A DNA stretch of 64,000 nucleotides, taken from positions 22,193 through 86,192 of the forward strand of contig CAVTUR010000030.1 in NCBI GenBank assembly GCA_963737945.1, in the 5' to 3' direction. A program made the translations under genes and the position numbers. The DNA comes from Blastocatellia bacterium. Lineage in GTDB: Bacteria > Acidobacteriota > Blastocatellia > UBA7656. This document shows positions 18,419 to 29,453 of this stretch, in pieces (the stretch's first letter is position 1; each line of letters opens with the position of its first letter). The notes below the pieces were generated by a model. The model saw nothing but the letters and a program-made list of their open reading frames with translations, did not search any database and was not told the origin of the DNA.

Positions 18419-20866
18419 ATGAAAGGGCTTTCCCAGGATCTGCGCTACGGGTTTCGGACTCTTATCAGGAATCCGGGCTTTACGGCTATCGCTGTCGTTT
18501 CGCTGGCTCTCGGTATCGGTGCAAACACGGCGATCTTCAGCGTGGTAAACGCGGTGCTCCTGCGGCCGTTGCCGTTTCATGATCCGGAGCGGCTGGTGAT
18601 GGTCTGGGAAGATGCGTCGGCGATCGGCTTTCCACGCAGTGATGTGGCCGCTGCCAACTACATGGATTGGAAAGCGCAGAACAAGGTGTTTGAGGACATG
18701 GCTCCGCTCAACTGGAAGAGCTTCAATCTCACCGGCGACGGCGAGCCGGAAAGGATTCTCGGTCACGGGGTAACTTCCAATTTTCTTTCGTTGCTCGGTG
18801 TTCAACCGATAATCGGCCGAAACTTTTCTGTCGAAGAAGACAACCCCGACGCGACACGAGTTGCAATTCTCAGCTACGGGCTGTGGCAAGGTCGTTACGC
18901 CGGCGACTCGGCTATTGTCGGGCGCGACATCCTGCTCAACGACGAGAAATTCGCCGTCGTGGGAGTGATGCCCGCGGACTTCCAGGTTTTGCAGGGCGAT
19001 ATCGGTGTGTGGGTCCCTCTCGCTTTAACGCCTCGCCAGATTGCGGATCGTGATAATCACTACCTGACGATTGTAGCTCGAACAAAACCAGGCGTTTCCG
19101 TCAAACAGGCGAACGCGGACATCTTGACTATCTCTCAGCGAATCGCGCGTGACTATCCTGACGATGCCGCCAACCTGAGTTCAGCGGTGGTATCCATGCG
19201 CGAACAACTCGCGGGAAAGGTGCGTCAACCGCTTATCATGTTGCTGGTCGCGGTGGGATTTGTGCTGCTGATTGCGTGCGCCAACATAGCCGGTCTCTTG
19301 TTGTCTCGCGCCACCGCGCGTCGCAAGGAGATAGCCGTTCGGACAGCACTCGGTGCCGGCCGGTGGCGGATTATCCGGCAGTTGCTGACCGAGAGTGTTC
19401 TGCTTGCTGGCGCGGGCGGAGCGCTCGGATTGCTGGTGGCGGTGTGGAGTTTCACACTGCTGAGGCAACTGATTCCCGACGGCATGGTCTATTTGACCGA
19501 CTTGAGTTTCGATCTGCCCGTGGTGTGCTTTGCGATGGCGGTGTCCCTGCTGACCGGGATTGTTTTCGGAATAGCGCCGGCGGTACAAGCCTCCAGAATC
19601 GATCTGAACCAGGCTTTGAAACAGGGCGGAGGGCGCGCGAGCACAGGCGCCGCAGGGAACACGCTCCGCGGGGCATTGGTAATCGTTGAAGTAGCGCTGG
19701 CGATGGTGCTGCTGATCGGAGCCGGGTTGATGATTCGAACCGTTTTCAATCTGCACGGACAATATGCCGTATTTCGACCGGAGAGATTGTTGACGATGAG
19801 AACCACGCTGCCCGACAACAAGTACCGCGATCTGGGCGAGTACGTTGCAAAAGAACATGCTCGGCGCGTCGCGTTCTACGACCAGGTGCTCGAACGGGTT
19901 GGAGCGCTGCCGGGAGTCGTTGGGGCCGGATACACCACTTCAGTACCTCTTGCATGGAAGGGAGGCGCAAACGGTTTCATCCTCGAAGGCCGCCAACCCG
20001 AACCCGGCCTCGTACCAAACGCTATCCAACGCCAGATCAGCACGGCGTACTTCCAGACTCTGGGGATCAGCCTGCGCGAAGGCCGCTACTTTGATGACCT
20101 CGATGGTCCGGAGTCCCGACCCGTCGCGATCATAAATGAGTCGATGGCGCGCGCGTATTGGCCCGACGAGAATGCGGTGGGCAAGCGGTTCAAATTTGGC
20201 ACAACCGGCGCGCCGTGGATGACAATTGTTGGGATCGTCGCCGATGTCCGTCAGATGGGCATGGATGCGCCCGTAAAAGCGGAAATGTATCTGCCCTATC
20301 GCCAGGTCTCTTCGCACCCGTGGTTTGGTCCTCGCGATCTTGTTGTTCGCACTTCCGGGGATCCGATGACTCTTGCTTCAGCAGTACGCCAGGTAATTCG
20401 AACCATCGATCCGAATCAACCGGTCTCGAACATTGGAACGATGGAGGATTTACTCACCAGGGAGACGGGGTCGCGCCGTCTCGGAATGATCTTGTTGTCC
20501 GCGTATGCCGGGCTGGCATTGCTTCTCGCTTCGCTTGGGATCTACGGCGTACTTTCCTACCTTGTCGTGCAACAGACGCCGGAAATAGGAGTGCGCCTTG
20601 CCCTGGGTGCGTTGCCGCGAGACATCCTGGGATTGGTGATCAAGAAGGGCGCCGTCCTTGTTGTGAGCGGGGTAGCGATCGGCGGAATCGCGGCTCTCGC
20701 ACTGACTCGATTGATGGCGAGCCTGCTCTTCGGCGTGAGCGCCGCCGATCCTCTTGTTTTCCTCGGGATTTCGGCGCTGCTGACGGGAGTGGCTCTGGCA
20801 GCCTGTTTCGTGCCGGCTCGCCGGGCGACGAAAGTCGATCCCATGACAGCGCTTCGGTACGAATAG
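18419..20866 (+). CDS. ADOP-type duplicated MacB permease (~815 aa), array gene 4
   Basis: True start [21 protein letters not shown] at 18419; two lobes; DPMTALRYE. Confidence 0.96.
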   Translation: MKGLSQDLRYGFRTLIRNPGFTAIAVVSLALGIGANTAIFSVVNAVLLRPLPFHDPERLVMVWEDASAIGFPRSDVAAANYMDWKAQNKVFEDMAPLNWKSFNLTGDGEPERILGHGVTSNFLSLLGVQPIIGRNFSVEEDNPDATRVAILSYGLWQGRYAGDSAIVGRDILLNDEKFAVVGVMPADFQVLQGDIGVWVPLALTPRQIADRDNHYLTIVARTKPGVSVKQANADILTISQRIARDYPDDAANLSSAVVSMREQLAGKVRQPLIMLLVAVGFVLLIACANIAGLLLSRATARRKEIAVRTALGAGRWRIIRQLLTESVLLAGAGGALGLLVAVWSFTLLRQLIPDGMVYLTDLSFDLPVVCFAMAVSLLTGIVFGIAPAVQASRIDLNQALKQGGGRASTGAAGNTLRGALVIVEVALAMVLLIGAGLMIRTVFNLHGQYAVFRPERLLTMRTTLPDNKYRDLGEYVAKEHARRVAFYDQVLERVGALPGVVGAGYTTSVPLAWKGGANGFILEGRQPEPGLVPNAIQRQISTAYFQTLGISLREGRYFDDLDGPESRPVAIINESMARAYWPDENAVGKRFKFGTTGAPWMTIVGIVADVRQMGMDAPVKAEMYLPYRQVSSHPWFGPRDLVVRTSGDPMTLASAVRQVIRTIDPNQPVSNIGTMEDLLTRETGSRRLGMILLSAYAGLALLLASLGIYGVLSYLVVQQTPEIGVRLALGALPRDILGLVIKKGAVLVVSGVAIGGIAALALTRLMASLLFGVSAADPLVFLGISALLTGVALAACFVPARRATKVDPMTALRYE

Positions 20867-20873
20867 GAAACCG

Positions 20874-23800
20874 ATGACAAACTTATGGCAAGACGTTCGC
20901 TACGGATTCAGGATGCTTCGGAAGCATCCGGGGTTTAGCGCCATTGCGATTGTGACGCTGGCCATGGGTATCGGCGTCAATACGTCGATTTTCAGTATCG
21001 TTAATGCGCTGTTGTTGCGCCCGATACAATTCAAGGACTCGGATCGGCTGGTTCTGTTTTGGAACCACTATCCGGGATTGGAGATCCCGCAGGACTGGCT
21101 TTCGCCCGGCGAATACACCGACGTGAAAGCCCAGTCGGATGTGTTTGAAGAGATGACGATCGCCAACGGCGGAAGCATCAACCTCAACGACGCCGGTGCT
21201 CCTGAGCGAGTCGAAGGCATTCGGGCGTCCTCGAGTTTCTTTTCATTGTTGAATATTCAACCTGTTCAGGGCCGCGCCCTGCTGCCGGACGAAGACGAAC
21301 CGGGCAAGCCGCCCACTGCCGTCATCAGCCACCGGTTGTGGCAGCGTCGATTCGGCGCAGATCCTAACTTCGTCGGCAAGACGATCTCGCTCAATGGCCA
21401 GCCGACGACAGTTGTAGGCGTTCTTCCTGCGAGCCTCTCTCTCGATAAGGAGATGCTGCCTACGGTCGCGGGGATTGAACGGGTCGATGTCATACGGCCA
21501 CTTGCCCTGGACGACGAAGACAGAAGCAATCACGCAAGTGATAACTACACTGTTATGGCACGCCTCAAACCCGGCGTTTCGATGGGCGAGGCGCAAGTCC
21601 AGGTCGACACGATAGTCGCGCGGCTCCAGCTGGCGTATCCGAAGAGTTACCCAGCAACCAGCGGATTCGCGGTAGGCGTGGTTCCGATGCTCGAGCAAGT
21701 CGTGGGCGGTGCCCGGCCCGCCGTTCTGATGTTGTTTGTGGCGGTCGGGTTCGTGTTACTCATTGCCTGCGCGAACGTCGCCAACTTGCTTCTTGCGCGA
21801 GCAGTCGGGCGAGAAAAAGAGTTTTCAATTCGCACCGCTCTCGGGGCAGGGCGTCTGCGCCTCATTCGCCAGTTGCTCGTCGAAAGCATGTTGCTCACGC
21901 TTGCGGCGACGTTAGCGCTGGGCATAGGCGCCAACACCGCGATCTTCAGCGTGGTCAATGCGATGATGCTAAAACCGCTTCCCTATTCGGACCCGACTCG
22001 GCTGGTTTCGGCAGGCTCGGTAAACAGTCTGAATCCGCAAGGTGAGGTCGATGGAGTATCGCCGGCGGATTTCTGGGACTGGAAGGATCAGAGCACGTCG
22101 TTTGAGCAACTCGCCGCTCTATCTGGTGGCGGCGGATTCAGCTTAAAAGACGCGGATCAACCGGATGTCTTCAGTGGCGCACGAGTGTCCTTCAATTTCT
22201 TTCAAACCTTTGGTGTGCAGCCGCTGCTGGGCCGTGCCTTCTCCGCCGAAGACGGGCAGCTCCACGCGCCCGAAACTGTAGTGTTGAGTCACAGGCTCTG
22301 GATGCGACGCTTTGGCGGTGACCCGGCGGTCGTTGGAAAGACTTTCAACAACGCTGACGGCGGTACGACGGTGATCGGAGTGATGGCGCCCGACTTCAAC
22401 TTTCCAAGCTACGCCGACGTATGGGTACCGCTCGCGCGCAACTCAGGCGAGATGCGCAACCGGTCCAATCGCTACTTCAGTGTTGTTGGAAGGATCAGAG
22501 CCGATCAGTCGATTGAAAGCGCCGAAGCTGAGCTTGAGACCATCGCCAGTCGATTGGAGGCCGAGCACCCGCAAGCAAACAGGGGATGGACCGCGCACCT
22601 GACGCCGCTGCGAGACAATGTGATGGGTAGCGTGAGGACTGCGCTGTTCGTGCTGCTGGGTGCGGTCGGTTGTGTCCTGCTCATCGCGTGCACAAACGTC
22701 GCGAATCTGCTGCTCGCTCGCGCGGCGTCGAGGCGGAGGGAGATGGCGATTCGGCTCGCGCTCGGCGCCGGCCGCGCCAGGATCATGAGGCAGTTGCTCA
22801 CCGAAAGCCTGGTGCTTGGCATCGCGGGCGGCGCCATCGGGTTGGCGTTTGCAGTGTGGGGTCTGGACCTGCTGATCGGAATTCTGCCCTCCAGGGAGGC
22901 ATTCCAACTCCCGGTCGAGATCCGCATCGATCGAATGGTCATGTTGTTGACCCTTGCCGTCTCGGCCCTCACCGGGATTGTGTTTGGCCTCGTCCCCGCA
23001 TGGCAGGCGTCACGGCCCGATGTTGGCGAGTGGCTGAAAGAAGGCGACCGCTCTGGATCGAGCGCCGGTCACAAGCGAACTCGCAGCGCTCTGGTCGTCG
23101 CTGAAATTGCTATTGCTCTTGTCTTGCTTGTCGGCGCCGGGCTGCTTGTCCAAAGCTTCGTCAGGTTGAGACACGTTGATCTCGGATACGACCCGATTGG
23201 TCTGATGACGATGTGGGTGCCGGCGTCGCCAGCCAGATATCCCGACAATGAAACTAAGGCGCGGTTCTATAAGCGGCTCCTCGAACGGGTTTCTCAAGTT
23301 CCCGGCACAGAAGACGTCGCGTTGAGCTCGGCGCCGTGGTTCGGCTTTCTCAATTTTCAATTCAACATCGCTGACGAAACGTTGCCGGCCGGCGATGCCA
23401 CCGTTCGTTACAGCTCAATCGCCCCGGACTACTTCAGGGTGCTCAGAGCTCAAGTTCGCTCCGGTCGCGATTTCGATGATCGGGATGACAGCAGAGCTCC
23501 GAGCGTCGCAATCATCAATGAAGCTCTTGCGCGGCGGTACTTCCCGGAGGGCAGTCCGATCGGAAGAAGGATTGTGATTGGGTATCTTGGCCGCAGATTG
23601 ACACCCGAGATAGTTGGCGTATCGGCGGACATCAAACAAGAGGAATTGGGGGCGCCAACAAAACCCGAAGTATACGTTCCATATCAGCAGGTCCCCTGGC
23701 TGGGAGCAGCACTAGTAATTCGCGCTGCGAGGGGTGACCCGATGACCCTAAAGAAAGACCTGCAGCAGGCGATTTGGGAAGTCGACAAGGACCTTCCGGT

Positions 23801-24242
23801 TTCCGAGGCGTCAACGGTCGAGGGGCACCTGTCGGATCTCGTGGCCGAGCCTCGGCTGTACACGTTGCTGCTCGGTGCGTTCGCGACTGCCGCGTTGATT
23901 CTTGCCTCGATTGGGATCTACGGTGTTATGTCGTATTCGGTAACCGAACGTACACGCGAGATAGGCATTCGCATGGCGTTGGGTGCGAAGCGTCTGGATG
24001 TGCTTACGTTCGTGGTGAGGCAGGGTTTGTTACTGGCGGTGACTGGCGTGGCGATCGGCGTTGTGTTGGCTTTCGCGTTGACTAGAGTGATTTCGAGCCA
24101 GCTGTACGGCATCTCTGCCACCGACCCGTTGACCTTTACATTGATACCGTTGCTGCTTGCATCGGTGACCGTGGCGGCCTGTTTTGTGCCGGCGCGTCGC
24201 GCAACGAAAGTCGATCCGATGATCGCACTGCGATGCGAATGA
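20874..24242 (+). CDS. chimeric ADOP permease (1122 aa; half unit fused to a near-complete unit), array gene 5
   Basis: Contains the head motif twice (MGIGVNTSIFS near residue 30 and [11 protein letters not shown] near residue 348) and [15 protein letters not shown] twice. The junction reads RQLLVESMLLTLAA|[14 protein letters not shown] at ~21897-21915. Confidence 0.92.
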   Translation: MTNLWQDVRYGFRMLRKHPGFSAIAIVTLAMGIGVNTSIFSIVNALLLRPIQFKDSDRLVLFWNHYPGLEIPQDWLSPGEYTDVKAQSDVFEEMTIANGGSINLNDAGAPERVEGIRASSSFFSLLNIQPVQGRALLPDEDEPGKPPTAVISHRLWQRRFGADPNFVGKTISLNGQPTTVVGVLPASLSLDKEMLPTVAGIERVDVIRPLALDDEDRSNHASDNYTVMARLKPGVSMGEAQVQVDTIVARLQLAYPKSYPATSGFAVGVVPMLEQVVGGARPAVLMLFVAVGFVLLIACANVANLLLARAVGREKEFSIRTALGAGRLRLIRQLLVESMLLTLAATLALGIGANTAIFSVVNAMMLKPLPYSDPTRLVSAGSVNSLNPQGEVDGVSPADFWDWKDQSTSFEQLAALSGGGGFSLKDADQPDVFSGARVSFNFFQTFGVQPLLGRAFSAEDGQLHAPETVVLSHRLWMRRFGGDPAVVGKTFNNADGGTTVIGVMAPDFNFPSYADVWVPLARNSGEMRNRSNRYFSVVGRIRADQSIESAEAELETIASRLEAEHPQANRGWTAHLTPLRDNVMGSVRTALFVLLGAVGCVLLIACTNVANLLLARAASRRREMAIRLALGAGRARIMRQLLTESLVLGIAGGAIGLAFAVWGLDLLIGILPSREAFQLPVEIRIDRMVMLLTLAVSALTGIVFGLVPAWQASRPDVGEWLKEGDRSGSSAGHKRTRSALVVAEIAIALVLLVGAGLLVQSFVRLRHVDLGYDPIGLMTMWVPASPARYPDNETKARFYKRLLERVSQVPGTEDVALSSAPWFGFLNFQFNIADETLPAGDATVRYSSIAPDYFRVLRAQVRSGRDFDDRDDSRAPSVAIINEALARRYFPEGSPIGRRIVIGYLGRRLTPEIVGVSADIKQEELGAPTKPEVYVPYQQVPWLGAALVIRAARGDPMTLKKDLQQAIWEVDKDLPVSEASTVEGHLSDLVAEPRLYTLLLGAFATAALILASIGIYGVMSYSVTERTREIGIRMALGAKRLDVLTFVVRQGLLLAVTGVAIGVVLAFALTRVISSQLYGISATDPLTFTLIPLLLASVTVAACFVPARRATKVDPMIALRCE

Positions 24243-24245
24243 ACT

Positions 24246-24305
24246 GATTGCCGATCGGCAATTGCCGATTGCCGATTGAAGGAGAAATCCCTGGCATTCG
24301 GCAAT
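24246..24305. repeat. GATTGCC heptamer array with degenerate inverted arm (element D)
   Basis: GATTGCC GATCGGC AATTGCC GATTGCC GATTGAA (24246-24280); GGCATTC GGCAAT (24293-24305). Confidence 0.8.
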
Positions 24306-24316
24306 ATAAGGGGACT

Positions 24317-26776
24317 ATGGAAACACTTTGGCAGGACTTGCGTTACAGCGCCCGAATGTTAGTAAAGAACCCTGGCTTTACCCTGATCGCCGTGATCACG
24401 CTGGCGTTGGGTATCGGCGCGACGACGGCAATTTTCAGCGTGGTCAACGGCGTCCTGTTGCGTCCGCTCGACTATCACGATCCTCAACAAATCGTCACGC
24501 TCTTGCACAAAGGACGAAGCCCGGTCTCTCCGGCGAACTTTATGGACCTCCGCGCCAGTAGCCAGAGCTTCGAGTTGATGGCGGCCGCGGAGGCATGGGG
24601 CGGCACCCTCGCAAGCGATGACCGGCCGGAAGCCGTCAGCGGGCTGCGGATGGGCGATGGTCTTTTTGATTTGCTCGGCGTTCAGCCTTTGTTGGGTCGG
24701 ACCTTGCGAGCCGAAGACTTCGAGCCCGGCAAAGATCATGTGCTGGTGCTCAGCCACAAGCTCTGGCAGCGTGCGTTTGGCGGCGACCCTTCGGTCGTCG
24801 GAAGACCTCTTGCGCTGAGCGGCGAACCCTATACCGTGGTTGGCGTGATGCCGCCACAGTTTCAATTCCCTCCGTTCTGGTCGACGCGCGCCGAGTTGTG
24901 GGCCCCGCTCGATTTGAGCAATCGCGCAACCAGCCGCGGCGGCAATTCATTGCGAGTGTTTGCCCGACTCAAACCCGGCGCAAGCCGGACCCAGGCTCAA
25001 GCTGAGATAGACGCGATCAACATTCAACTCGCCCACGCCTACCCGGACCAAAACACCGGGCTCGACATCCGGGTAGACCCGTTGAACGAGAAAGTGGTCG
25101 GCAACGTTCGTCCGGCCCTGCTGATCCTCTCGGGCGCGGTTGGATTTGTGTTGTTGATCGCCTGTGCGAATGTAGCTTGTTTGCTGCTGGCGCGCGCGGC
25201 AACCCGGCAGAAGGAAACCGCGGTGCGAGTCGCACTCGGCGCAACGCGCCGGCGCATCCTGAGACAGTTGTTGACCGAAAGCCTGCTGCTTTCTTTGTGC
25301 GGTGCGGCAGTCGGGATACTCGTGGCGGAGTGGGGTGTAGAATTGCTGACGGCGCTGCTGTCGGGCAACAGCTCCAGCTTCAGTGTTCGTTTGCCGCGGT
25401 TGAACGAGGTCAAGATTGATGCGGGGACGCTCGGCTTCACCTTCACGGTTTCGCTGGTGACCAGCGTGCTTTTTGGTCTTGCCCCGGCGCTCAGCGCGTC
25501 AAAACCGGATCTGAATCAGGTGCTCAAAGAGAGCGGGCGCGGGACGACTGGCGGACGCCGCCGGTTGCGCGAAACACTGGTCGTGGCCGAACTCGCGTTG
25601 GCGCTGGTGATGCTGATTGGCGCCGGGCTGCTGATGACCAGCTTCGTAAGGCTGCAATCGGTTGATCCCGGCTTCAACCCTCAAAAGCTGCTAACGATGA
25701 CAACGTCGCTGGCTGGCGCTTCGCAATACGTAGGGCCGGCGCGCGAGGCCTTTTACCAGCAACTGACGGATCGGCTGACCGCCCTGCCCGGCGTCGAGTC
25801 GGCTAGCGCCGTCAATCATCTGCCGCTTGCCGGTGATGTATGGGGAACTACGCTCGCAATCGAAGGGCGTCCGTTGGCGGCGCCCGGAGAGAGCATCGTC
25901 GCCGCCTTTCGCGTGAGCCGCCCGGACTACTTTCGAACGATGGGTATCCAGTTGAGCGCCGGGCGAGATTTCACCCAGCGCGACACTCCTGAGGCCCCTG
26001 GCGTGGTAATCCTCAACGAAACGCTGGCCCGGCGTTACTGGCCTGCCGAAGACCCCTTAGGCAAACGGATCACACTCGACGATCCCCGCGGCACGACGAA
26101 AACGCCGGAATGGCTCACCATTGTAGGCATGGTGAAGGACGTCAAACAGGAAAGCTGGACGGATGCGCCGTCAAATGAGATTTATTTGCCGTTCCAACAG
26201 AGTGGAGGGTTCTACAGCGGTGTGGCCAGGCAGTTCACCTCAATGACGATTGTCGTGCGCACGACGGTCGAACCGCGCGGTCTGGCGGCCGCGGTCCAGG
26301 ATACGGTCAGGACATTCGATCGCGCCATGCCGGTCTCCAATGTCATGAGCATGGAACAGGTGATTGCTGACGCTCTCTGGCAGCCGCGTTTCAATTTGCA
26401 GTTGATCGGGTTGTTCGCAGGCCTTGCGCTGGTGCTGGCAGCCATAGGGCTTTACGGAGTGATGTCGTACTCGGTGGCCCAGCGCACACACGAGGTGGGT
26501 TTGCGAATGGCGCTGGGCGCCCAGCGGGCCGACGTGATAACACTCGTCCTGAGGCAGGGCATGAAGCTGACCGTGGTAGGGGTGGCTCTCGGCTTGTTTG
26601 CGTCTGTGGCGCTGACTCGGCTGATGGCGAATCTGCTGTTCGGAGTGAGCGCAACGGACCCGAGGGTCTTTGGGGTCATCGCGCTGATACTCGTGGGCGT
26701 CGCGCTGCTTGCCTGTATTGTGCCCGCGCATCGCGCGACGAGGGTCGATCCGATGGTAGCGCTGAAATATGAATAA
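24317..26776 (+). CDS. ADOP-type duplicated MacB permease (~819 aa), array gene 6
   Basis: True start [21 protein letters not shown] at 24317; two lobes; DPMVALKYE. Confidence 0.96.
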   Translation: METLWQDLRYSARMLVKNPGFTLIAVITLALGIGATTAIFSVVNGVLLRPLDYHDPQQIVTLLHKGRSPVSPANFMDLRASSQSFELMAAAEAWGGTLASDDRPEAVSGLRMGDGLFDLLGVQPLLGRTLRAEDFEPGKDHVLVLSHKLWQRAFGGDPSVVGRPLALSGEPYTVVGVMPPQFQFPPFWSTRAELWAPLDLSNRATSRGGNSLRVFARLKPGASRTQAQAEIDAINIQLAHAYPDQNTGLDIRVDPLNEKVVGNVRPALLILSGAVGFVLLIACANVACLLLARAATRQKETAVRVALGATRRRILRQLLTESLLLSLCGAAVGILVAEWGVELLTALLSGNSSSFSVRLPRLNEVKIDAGTLGFTFTVSLVTSVLFGLAPALSASKPDLNQVLKESGRGTTGGRRRLRETLVVAELALALVMLIGAGLLMTSFVRLQSVDPGFNPQKLLTMTTSLAGASQYVGPAREAFYQQLTDRLTALPGVESASAVNHLPLAGDVWGTTLAIEGRPLAAPGESIVAAFRVSRPDYFRTMGIQLSAGRDFTQRDTPEAPGVVILNETLARRYWPAEDPLGKRITLDDPRGTTKTPEWLTIVGMVKDVKQESWTDAPSNEIYLPFQQSGGFYSGVARQFTSMTIVVRTTVEPRGLAAAVQDTVRTFDRAMPVSNVMSMEQVIADALWQPRFNLQLIGLFAGLALVLAAIGLYGVMSYSVAQRTHEVGLRMALGAQRADVITLVLRQGMKLTVVGVALGLFASVALTRLMANLLFGVSATDPRVFGVIALILVGVALLACIVPAHRATRVDPMVALKYE

Positions 26777-26779
26777 AGA

Positions 26780-26874
26780 GATTGACGATTGCCGATTGGC
26801 GATTGCCGATTGAAAGAAGAAGCGTGATCTATCTTCAATCGCAAATCGGCAATCGGCAATCGCGTATCGGCAAT
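26780..26874. repeat. inverted GATTGCC heptamer array (element E)
   Basis: Five left heptamers at 26780-26814 (GATTGAC GATTGCC GATTGGC GATTGCC GATTGAA). Right arm TTCAATC GCAAATC GGCAATC GGCAATC GCGTATC GGCAAT. Confidence 0.92.
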
Positions 26875-26886
26875 GGGAGGAAATCA

Positions 26887-29322
26887 ATGGAAGCACTGTG
26901 GCAAGACTTGAAGTACGGAGCCCGAATGCTCGCCAAGAGCCCGGGATTCACATTGGTCGCCGTAATTGCGTTGGGTCTGGGTATCGGCGCAAACACCGCA
27001 ATCTTCAGCGTGGTGAACGCGGTTCTGATTCGCTCGCTTCCATTCCGTAATCCGGACCGTCTCGTCATGGTGTGGGAAAACAACCGCCCGCGGGGCCGTG
27101 ACCAGAACGTCATCTCCCCCGCAAACTACCAGGACTGGCGTGATCAAAACACGGTCTTCGATTCGATGGCAGCGATGTTCGACTCTCGCACAAACCTGAC
27201 CGGGGTTGACGATCCCGAGGAATTGGCGACACAGCTGGTTGAGCCTAACTTCTTCGATCTGCTTGGCACCAGTGCCGCGCTCGGTCGGACGTTTAACCTC
27301 GACGAAGGCCAACCGGGAAAGGATCAGGTAGTCGTATTGAGCCAGGGGTTATGGAAGCGCCGTTTTGGTGGCGACCCGGGGATCGTCGGCAAAGCCATAA
27401 AGCTCGGCGGCAGAGACTTCACCGTCGTAGGCATCGCACCGTCGGGTTTGCAGTTGATTATTCGACAAGGTTCCCTCACCGGAAAACAGGCGCAGTTGTG
27501 GATGCCCCTGGGATTGAGCCCGGCCTCACGAGTGCGTCGCGGTCGTTCCATCATGGCGATCGCGCGACTCAAACCGGGAGTAACGCTAGGGCAAGCGCAA
27601 GCCGAGATGGACGGTATCGCCGCACATCTCGAACAGCAGTATGTGGACTTTAATACCGGTTGGGGCGTGAACCTTGTCCCTTTGCAAGATCAGCTGGTCG
27701 GTGCGATTCGTCCCGCGTTGCTGGTATTGTTGGGAGCGGTCGCTTTTGTATTGTTAATCGCATGTGCAAATGTCGCAAATCTGCTGCTGGCGCGCGCGGC
27801 CACCAGACAGAGAGAGATAGCGATTCGCACCGCTCTTGGCGCCGGGCGAGGGAGAATCGTTCGCCAGTTGCTCACTGAGTCAACTGTGCTCGCGGCGTTT
27901 GGAGGATTGCTGGGTTTGTGGCTGGCGATGTGGGGAGTCGACTTGCTGCTTGCTCTGACCCCCAAGGACCTGACCGGGTTGAAGGATGTCGGGATCGATT
28001 ACCGGGTGCTCGGGTTCACAATGGCTGTTTCGGTCTTGACTGGAGTGCTGTTTGGTCTTGCTCCAGCCCTCGAAGCATCGCGGCCGAATCTAAACGAGTC
28101 GTTGAAGGAGGGTGGCCGGGGAGCGGTAACCGGCGGGCGCAGTCATCGCTGGCGTAGCGTGTTCGTTGTTGTAGAAGTCGCTTTGGCGATGGTGTTGCTT
28201 ATCGGCGCGGGGTTGATGATCCGGAGTTTCGCACGCTTGCAATCGGTGGATCCGGGCTTCGACTCGAAGAACCTTCTCACGGTGCGGCTTCTTTTGCCCT
28301 CCTCCAAGTACGGTCAGGATAGTCAACTACTAGGTTTCTTCAAACAACTTGTGGAGCGTTTGCAGTCGCTGCCTGGGGTTCGTTCGGCCGGAGCAATAAG
28401 CGTACTGCCTTTTGGCAGCGGCGGAGCGGCGACCAGCATCGAGGTCGAAGGCCGCCCGGCGCCGCCCCCCGGTCAGGATCTGGTGGGCGACGTGCGTGTA
28501 GTCGATGGGGGTTACTTCGGCACGATGGGGATTCCGCTGTTGCAGGGACGGACTTTCACCGAGCGGGAACTGGCTCAGGAGACGCACGTGGTGATCATCA
28601 ACGAGGCGATGGCGCGCGAGTTTTTCCCTGGGGAAGATCCGATCGGCAAGCGGGTAACCATCGCTATGAAGAAGGAGAACGTCCCAAACGAAATCATCGG
28701 GGTGGTTCGCGATGTGAGACACAAGGATTTGGAGACTCCGGCGCGAGCGATGACCTACTGGCCTTATCCGGAGCTCACCTATTCGGGGCTGACGCTGGTG
28801 GTGCGAACGGAGTCTGAACCGCTCGCACTTGCGGATGCAATACGCCGAGAGGTTCTGGCGCTGGACAAGGACCAGCCGATCGCCGACATAAGCACTATGG
28901 AACACCTGCTTTCGGACTCGGTGTCGGGCGCACGCTTCAGCACGATGTTACTGAGCGTTTTCGCCGGGTTGGCGCTGTTGCTGGCGGCGGTGGGGATCTT
29001 TGGTGTGATGTCTTACGGGGTGTCGGAACGCACTCACGAAATCGGGGTGCGAATGGCATTGGGCGCGCAGGCTTCGCACGTGCTCGCGCTGGTTGTACGA
29101 CAGGGGATGGTCCTGACTCTGGTCGGGATAGTGATCGGATTGGTAGCTGCCTTCGGGGTAACGAGGGTCATGGCCAGTTTGCTGTATGGAGTGAGCCCGA
29201 CCGATCCGCTGACGTTTGCGGCGATCTCGGTGCTGTTGGCATCCGTCGCGCTGTTGGCAAGTTATCTTCCCGCGAGGCGGGCGACCAAGGTTGATCCAAT
29301 GATAGCGCTGCGATACGAGTGA
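26887..29322 (+). CDS. ADOP-type duplicated MacB permease (~811 aa), array gene 7
   Basis: True start [21 protein letters not shown] at 26887 after GGGAGG; DPMIALRYE. Confidence 0.96.
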   Translation: MEALWQDLKYGARMLAKSPGFTLVAVIALGLGIGANTAIFSVVNAVLIRSLPFRNPDRLVMVWENNRPRGRDQNVISPANYQDWRDQNTVFDSMAAMFDSRTNLTGVDDPEELATQLVEPNFFDLLGTSAALGRTFNLDEGQPGKDQVVVLSQGLWKRRFGGDPGIVGKAIKLGGRDFTVVGIAPSGLQLIIRQGSLTGKQAQLWMPLGLSPASRVRRGRSIMAIARLKPGVTLGQAQAEMDGIAAHLEQQYVDFNTGWGVNLVPLQDQLVGAIRPALLVLLGAVAFVLLIACANVANLLLARAATRQREIAIRTALGAGRGRIVRQLLTESTVLAAFGGLLGLWLAMWGVDLLLALTPKDLTGLKDVGIDYRVLGFTMAVSVLTGVLFGLAPALEASRPNLNESLKEGGRGAVTGGRSHRWRSVFVVVEVALAMVLLIGAGLMIRSFARLQSVDPGFDSKNLLTVRLLLPSSKYGQDSQLLGFFKQLVERLQSLPGVRSAGAISVLPFGSGGAATSIEVEGRPAPPPGQDLVGDVRVVDGGYFGTMGIPLLQGRTFTERELAQETHVVIINEAMAREFFPGEDPIGKRVTIAMKKENVPNEIIGVVRDVRHKDLETPARAMTYWPYPELTYSGLTLVVRTESEPLALADAIRREVLALDKDQPIADISTMEHLLSDSVSGARFSTMLLSVFAGLALLLAAVGIFGVMSYGVSERTHEIGVRMALGAQASHVLALVVRQGMVLTLVGIVIGLVAAFGVTRVMASLLYGVSPTDPLTFAAISVLLASVALLASYLPARRATKVDPMIALRYE

Positions 29323-29358
29323 CCGTAATCTGTCAGCCGCGTCTATCCCAATCTCCGC

Positions 29359-29389
29359 GTCTTGGCGGATCTTGGCGTCTTTGCGCGAG
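29359..29389. repeat. single arm of the CGCAAAGA octamer family (element F)
   Basis: GTCTTGGCGGATCTTGGCGTCTTTGCGCGAG. Positions 29366-29389 are 23/24 identical to the reverse complement of 10288-10311. Confidence 0.8.
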
Positions 29390-29453
29390 CCTTTCGGCAT
29401 CCCTGCCAATCGAGGTTCGTGCATAGAACACTCACGGAACTTGGTTTTTTCTT

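Noticed and set aside
12966-26886. Extended N-termini given by the ORF track for ADOPs (12966, 18338, 24248, 26782)
   Set aside because: The extensions translate the previous gene's tail or the heptamer repeats ([15 protein letters not shown]). True starts are at the M..L.QD.RY motif with an RBS.
10652-29322. Classical integron cassette array
   Set aside because: No intI tyrosine recombinase, and I could not identify attC-type RYYYAAC/GTTRRRY-bounded sites; the genes carry their own RBS.
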